Notes under the pieces: model-generated
Seen by the model: the letters and a program-made list of their open reading frames with translations, nothing else
Told to the model about the DNA's origin: nothing
Database searches by the model: none
Translations under genes and position numbers: made by a program
NCBI GenBank assembly: GCA_002269645.1
Contig: NIVC01000100.1
Span: forward strand, 682,001 to 746,000
Direction of reading: 5' to 3'
Length of the DNA: 64,000 bases
Source of the DNA: Macrostomum lignano
Lineage: Eukaryota
Shown here: positions 58,979-64,000 of the stretch, piece after piece
How positions within the stretch are numbered: the stretch's first letter is position 1
Layout of the letters: every line of letters starts with the position of its first letter

Positions 58979-61900
58979 ATGGATTGGCGAGAGAGGCAAA
59001 GAACATTAAGCCGTACAACTGGCGATGCCGTGCTGGAGGCCTACTACAATGAGGATCTGGATCGCCTGTCCTCGTTGCTTCAGAGCAGTCCGGATTACAT
59101 CACTGGCGAAGCGTCTGTGCTTCGCGGCACACCCCTGTGCATCCTGGCCAGCCGAGAGGACCGATCGGATGTTCTCGAGCTGCTTTATCGACTGGGCGAC
59201 AATAGCCTAAAACACATGGTCTACAAAGACAGCAGCAAGAAGAACTGCTTGCATACGGCTATTCGAGCAAAAGCTCTGGCAGCTACCCAGTACCTGCTGA
59301 CTATCAAGTTCGATCCGAACGAGCCGGACGAAGACATCCAGATGCCGCTGCACGCCGCATGCGTGGTCGAGGAGCCACGTCTAATTAAAATCCTGATGGC
59401 TGCTGGAGCCGACTGCAATCTGCCGGATGAGGCTGGAAACATGCCGCTGCATCAGGCTTGCCAAGACGGCCAAGTGGTGATTTCCCGTCTCCTAATGAAA
59501 GGCACCGCCGATATTGACGCTCGCGGTGCCAACGATAGAACGCCGCTGCATTACGCGGCTCTGGCCCAGTCTCTGCCGCTGATGAAACTGCTGATGGAGC
59601 GCGGCGCCAGCGTGCGTAAATACGACGATGACAGGCACACACCGATGGACATTGTCCTGCGGATGGGCAACCAGAACACTCTGTCTGGATTGGCTGACTA
59701 CTTTGCCAGCATGGTGCCTGAAGACTGCCCGAGCATTAATGCGCTTATTGAGTGCGAGCACTTCAACCGAGTGATCCAGGTTCTTGACGCTATCGACGAC
59801 GACATGGAGAATCCAGTGGAGAGTCCAGTGCTCACTGCCCACCACAAAACGGTGAAGCTATCGGATGAGGAGAAGCAAGAGACTATCAATCGAATCGCAT
59901 CCGACGATCGCATCGATTTCATTGAATTCCGCCGAGTGGTACAGCTGATCGCGGCCAACAATCTTTCGTCCATGTTGATAGAAGCAGATTGCATACCGAA
60001 TTTTGTTAATATGGTTCGCAAGCTGGTACTATTTAGAGAAGACGTTGAGCTGCTAACCACTATTATGTTCGGAACGACGTTATGGCCAAAGATCCAGAAG
60101 TGTCTCGAAGACAGCATCGAGATAATGTATGAAAACTGCTCAGAGATTGGATCTACTGGGATGGTAGCCTTGATGCACAAGACGTTTATCGACAAAGAAC
60201 GAGGCACGTGGCGGCCTGATCTCATGACGAAGTTCTTTAACAATAGGCTGAAACTTCCACTGATAGAGCCGATCGAAGACCAGAATAGAAAATTCCTTCG
60301 AGACCCTACGGGGACCCTCACCGTATGGTCAGTGATGTCTGGACGATTCCATCTGACAGAGGAGCTTTTAAAGAGCGAGCAGTTTGACATCCTGCCTAAT
60401 GGCTTATTCTGCGTGGCTCTGCTGCGAAAGCTGCAGGTCATCTCTGGCATTCCCAGACCAACTAAGAAAACCATGGAACAGGTGGCTGACAGAGTTGAAA
60501 GCATCTGCATGACGCTAGTTCGTTCTGTCAATACCATCGACACTAGCGAAAAGAAAATGGTAGCCATCAACTTCCTCCGCCAGCGCTTGCCGGCCTACGG
60601 TGACCTTACCTGCATGGGGCTCGCCAGCCACGGCCAGAGCGACTCTTTCATGGTCATGCAGGCGGTGCAGGGCGGCGTGGATCGAGAGTGGTTCAAGCGA
60701 CTGTACCACACGAGCTCATTCTATCGGGAATTCCTGATCGCACTCGGTTTGATACCATTCAATCCGCTGCTGTTTGTACTGCTGCGCAAGCTGTGGATCA
60801 CCACCTGTCATCTGGAGGGCAGTTTTCCTGGCGAGACGGCCCAGACTGATCGCATCGAGGCCGTCGTAATCTCAAGTGACGACGATATTGACGATCCTGA
60901 GGACAGCGAGACCGAGGCCGACGAAGTAGTTGCCGAAGAAAAAACCGAGAAAGAACAGGATGTGACCTCGTCCAGCCTGCCAACTGACCCGAATAATTCC
61001 GCCAAGCCAGACGACAAGACTGGCGTCATGTGGAAAGAAACGATTCTGCACGAGTCTGGCCGACCGATGGGCGGGAACTTTTTCCTAAATGTGATCGGCT
61101 TGTACGCGCGCACCATGTTCGGATTCTATTTCACACCGGCTGTCAAGTTTCACTACCATATATTGGCTCACATAATCTTCATTGGTTTCTTCTCTTACGT
61201 TGTGGTGGTTAAGTTCGAATACCAAATCTCTATGGCTGAGATAATTGTGTATCTATTTCTGCTCGGCTTCTTCCTCGAGGAGTTGCACGAGATCAATCAC
61301 GCCCGAATCAACGGATCCGTGCTGAATCACATAACAGATGGGTGGAACATACTGGACACAATCGGTCTGACCCTCAGCTTTGTCGGATTCTGCATGCGAA
61401 TGCCTATGCTAAAGAACACCGCTACCGATAGCTACAAGTACGTGTTCACCGACATGTACTATTGGTGGACTCGGTTTCTTCTGCAGATGGCTTGCCTCGT
61501 GTACTGGATGCGTCTGCTTTATGTGTCAACTGTGATGGAAACCCTCGGACCGAAGCTCAAGATGATATCAGTAATGATTACGCGAGACTTCGTACCGTTC
61601 CTGATCATGCTGGCTATCATGATGTTCGGATTCGGCATCGTGATCCACTCCATGCTGTTTCCAAATGGCTACTACATGGGCAATCCGACGCAAACCTCGG
61701 GAGCGGACATCTTCCAGAGCATGTTCAAAATCACTTTCTACGCCATGGTTGGCGAGTATAGCTCCGACTTGGTGTCTGGAAAAGACTGCGCGGACAGCAA
61801 GAAGTGTCCGCATCCACTGGGCCAAGTTATCGTGCCTAATATAATAATGACCATCTACATCATTATCGTGTCCGTCCTGCTCCTAAACCTCATCGTTGCG

Positions 61901-62299
61901 TCCTTCTCCAAGACTGTCGACGAGATCGACAAGAAGTCGATGGCCATGTGGCAGTTCGAAAGATACGACTTACTCGAAGAATTCATGGTTCGATCGCCGC
62001 TGCCGCCTCCGCTGAGCATTCTGGGCGAGTTGGCGCGCTGGGTCGTAACAATCTGGGAGACGCTGCGCCACGAAGAAATCGTGCTGCGCCGAAGGACGTT
62101 CAGTAAGCACCGAATCATCTACTTCCTCACTCTGCAGGCTTTCGCGATGCGTGGCCAGCGGGCCAAACTGGTTGGCGAAGTTGAGCTGGGAGATCCTGCA
62201 CGCCTGATTCCGCAGATGATGCGCAAAGTGAAGCGAATGCAGGGCCGCCTGAGCAACATCAGGGCCAGGCTAGCCGAGGGGAGGTCTAAGCGCGGTTGA
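58979..62299 (+). CDS. Intronless 1106-aa TRP cation channel: about 6 N-terminal ankyrin repeats, TRPM-like pre-S1/S1-S6, TRP helix and C-terminal coiled coil
   Basis: PLH-type ankyrin repeats; LTCMGLA...VQ...W, FYFTPAVKF, GWNILD, LGPKLKMI, WQFERY.L..E....PLPPPL. Confidence 0.9.
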   Translation: MDWRERQRTLSRTTGDAVLEAYYNEDLDRLSSLLQSSPDYITGEASVLRGTPLCILASREDRSDVLELLYRLGDNSLKHMVYKDSSKKNCLHTAIRAKALAATQYLLTIKFDPNEPDEDIQMPLHAACVVEEPRLIKILMAAGADCNLPDEAGNMPLHQACQDGQVVISRLLMKGTADIDARGANDRTPLHYAALAQSLPLMKLLMERGASVRKYDDDRHTPMDIVLRMGNQNTLSGLADYFASMVPEDCPSINALIECEHFNRVIQVLDAIDDDMENPVESPVLTAHHKTVKLSDEEKQETINRIASDDRIDFIEFRRVVQLIAANNLSSMLIEADCIPNFVNMVRKLVLFREDVELLTTIMFGTTLWPKIQKCLEDSIEIMYENCSEIGSTGMVALMHKTFIDKERGTWRPDLMTKFFNNRLKLPLIEPIEDQNRKFLRDPTGTLTVWSVMSGRFHLTEELLKSEQFDILPNGLFCVALLRKLQVISGIPRPTKKTMEQVADRVESICMTLVRSVNTIDTSEKKMVAINFLRQRLPAYGDLTCMGLASHGQSDSFMVMQAVQGGVDREWFKRLYHTSSFYREFLIALGLIPFNPLLFVLLRKLWITTCHLEGSFPGETAQTDRIEAVVISSDDDIDDPEDSETEADEVVAEEKTEKEQDVTSSSLPTDPNNSAKPDDKTGVMWKETILHESGRPMGGNFFLNVIGLYARTMFGFYFTPAVKFHYHILAHIIFIGFFSYVVVVKFEYQISMAEIIVYLFLLGFFLEELHEINHARINGSVLNHITDGWNILDTIGLTLSFVGFCMRMPMLKNTATDSYKYVFTDMYYWWTRFLLQMACLVYWMRLLYVSTVMETLGPKLKMISVMITRDFVPFLIMLAIMMFGFGIVIHSMLFPNGYYMGNPTQTSGADIFQSMFKITFYAMVGEYSSDLVSGKDCADSKKCPHPLGQVIVPNIIMTIYIIIVSVLLLNLIVASFSKTVDEIDKKSMAMWQFERYDLLEEFMVRSPLPPPLSILGELARWVVTIWETLRHEEIVLRRRTFSKHRIIYFLTLQAFAMRGQRAKLVGEVELGDPARLIPQMMRKVKRMQGRLSNIRARLAEGRSKRG

Positions 62300-63139
62300 A
62301 GCAGATTTTGTGACGATTCTCCGTCTGTGTTGAATCATACTCGTAGTTATATACTAGATAAAATTTAAATCCATCGTTTCCAAACGAAACAAAGAATGAC
62401 ACGTCTGACAGTTAAAATGCCATAATTTTTTCATTCCCTATTTGATTATTAAACAAAAGCTATTATTAACTTAACTTTTCTATATTTGCTTTAAAGCATT
62501 ACAATCTAGAAAAATAAGTTCCACACAAGCTGCTAGCAGTAGTAGAATAGTTCGACTTCATCTATTTATTAAAAAGCTAGACAGTTGACGGGTAGCTTGT
62601 TTAACTAATGTCTCAAAAAGATTAGGTACATTTATTTTCATTTAGAATTCATTTAGACATTGTAGTTTCAGTGATTGTTTTGTTTCTAGCGTTCTAACTA
62701 TTCCGTGTTCACTTATGAATCACTTATGGTTTGCTGTTGTTTACCTGATCAATTACCTTCGTATACTGTCTGAAAGTTTGTTAAATGTAGTTTATAGCTT
62801 TAGTGATAACATTGCACTTCAAATCATTACATTATTGTACGAGTTGTAAACAATCCTAATTCTTGCTATTGTGCTGAGGCAGATAAAATTAATGTATCCA
62901 CATATATGTCTGTAGCAAAATACACAAACTATTTGCATTAAAAATTTGATTTGTAGTATACGCTTCATTTTTTCTGCTAAATAATGGTAACGGGACTCAA
63001 GGTTCTATAAAATATGAATCGCACATCTATTTTTTATGATTTGCCTCTGTGCTTCACTGGGGATAAAATAAAGCACAAATTCAGAAGTCAAAAACTAACA
63101 AAATGTCTGAATTAGAACTTCTAGAAGCAATGTAGCAAG

Positions 63140-63470
63140 AAGTTATTAACAATGACAACAACAAAATACGCAGTTAGCGTCACAGGGCGCGTCTCAAGGC
63201 CAGGTCGCGAACAAACGACACGCCGCCGGCCGAATCCGGTGCCCCGGCGTCAGCCACCAGGCAGTCGACGAAACGCGGAGTGCAGGCCTGCACCCGCCGG
63301 TAGGGTGCCTGCAGCGTCAGCAGCAGCACCTCCTGCACCGGCTCTGGGTATCGATACGGCCTGCCAGTTGGAGTCGCCGACGACGCAACAGGTCGCTTGG
63401 ACGGACCAGGCCGGTGCGGTGATACAAAGTCAAGGACTCGGCGTTAGAAATAGCACAAATGTTATCTAGT
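63140..63470 (-). mobile_element. 5'-truncated LINE 3' fragment (RTE-like RT C-terminus)
   Basis: Minus strand LRRRRLQLAGR...EPVQEVLLLTLQAPYRR...FVDCLVADAG, followed by a (TTG)n-like tail; GC-rich island in AT-rich DNA. Confidence 0.5.
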
Positions 63471-64000
63471 ACGGGCTGAGCTTGCCTTTATTATTTGTAA
63501 CGGTACATTTTTATTAATTTTTTCGAAATGAGAACTGTGAATTTTGCACAATTAGCTTTGTAATGTTTTCCTTAGGCCATAGTTTTAATGCAAATTGCTT
63601 ATTTTGTATTAATCTGTTTTTCTCTTTTTTGAAGGCATAAACTTCATATTTTTATACGTTTTTATGTCAAATTGGTTTAGATTTTTACAAAAAGTATTCT
63701 AACGATGCACTTCCTTTAGCATACTTGGATTAGCGGCTGAAGAGGCTCAGAGGCTATAGTATTCGTAAAGCTATCTCTTGATGCCGAAAACAATTTGGGA
63801 CTTCATATTATTAGCTAATTGTGGGTATAGCTAGCTAGTTGAAACAGCAGGAAGGCAACTTTGCTAGGGAAGAATATATTAGTAAGCAGAAATTAACATG
63901 CATACGATTCCATTTACTAGTACTGTAAGCTGTAACAAAAGTAATATAGTTTTTCGTCATTATATTATTCTTTTGTGGATTTTTTTATAATTATTAACCC

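Noticed and set aside
63152-63469. Plus-strand 105-aa gene
   Set aside because: The opposite strand reads as a LINE RT C-terminus with a simple-repeat tail, so this is an antisense shadow ORF.

Overview
This is eukaryotic (most likely invertebrate animal) genomic DNA, not prokaryotic. About 57 kb is a nested transposon cluster, followed by one intact host-like gene. In order: (1) two head-to-tail non-autonomous Helitron-like elements carrying minisatellites (1-4908); (2) a DUF4806/BEN-like transposon-associated gene; (3) a decayed Maverick/Polinton endogenous DNA virus, 7993-30541, with both TIRs and a 6-bp TSD (penton, major capsid, A32-like ATPase, adenain protease, pPolB; no integrase seen), itself interrupted by two solo LTRs and a truncated Ty3/Gypsy element that holds a further solo LTR; (4) a dead mariner; (5) a young full-length but defective Ty3/Gypsy element, 34449-44129; (6) more solo LTRs; (7) a near-intact LOA/R1-group LINE with RNase H; (8) a CACTA-type MITE; (9) an intronless 1106-aa ankyrin-repeat/TRPM-like channel ORF. 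The most striking unexplained signal is a conserved ~60-70-bp module inside the 3' end of several otherwise dissimilar Gypsy LTRs. It consists of a tRNA-Leu primer-binding-site copy folded into a hairpin, followed by a new LTR end, and it is sometimes tandemly repeated. TSDs show it is part of the LTR. The same Gypsy lineage also has a conserved unknown ORF3 domain. Coordinates were counted by hand and family assignments come from motif recognition, not database searches.
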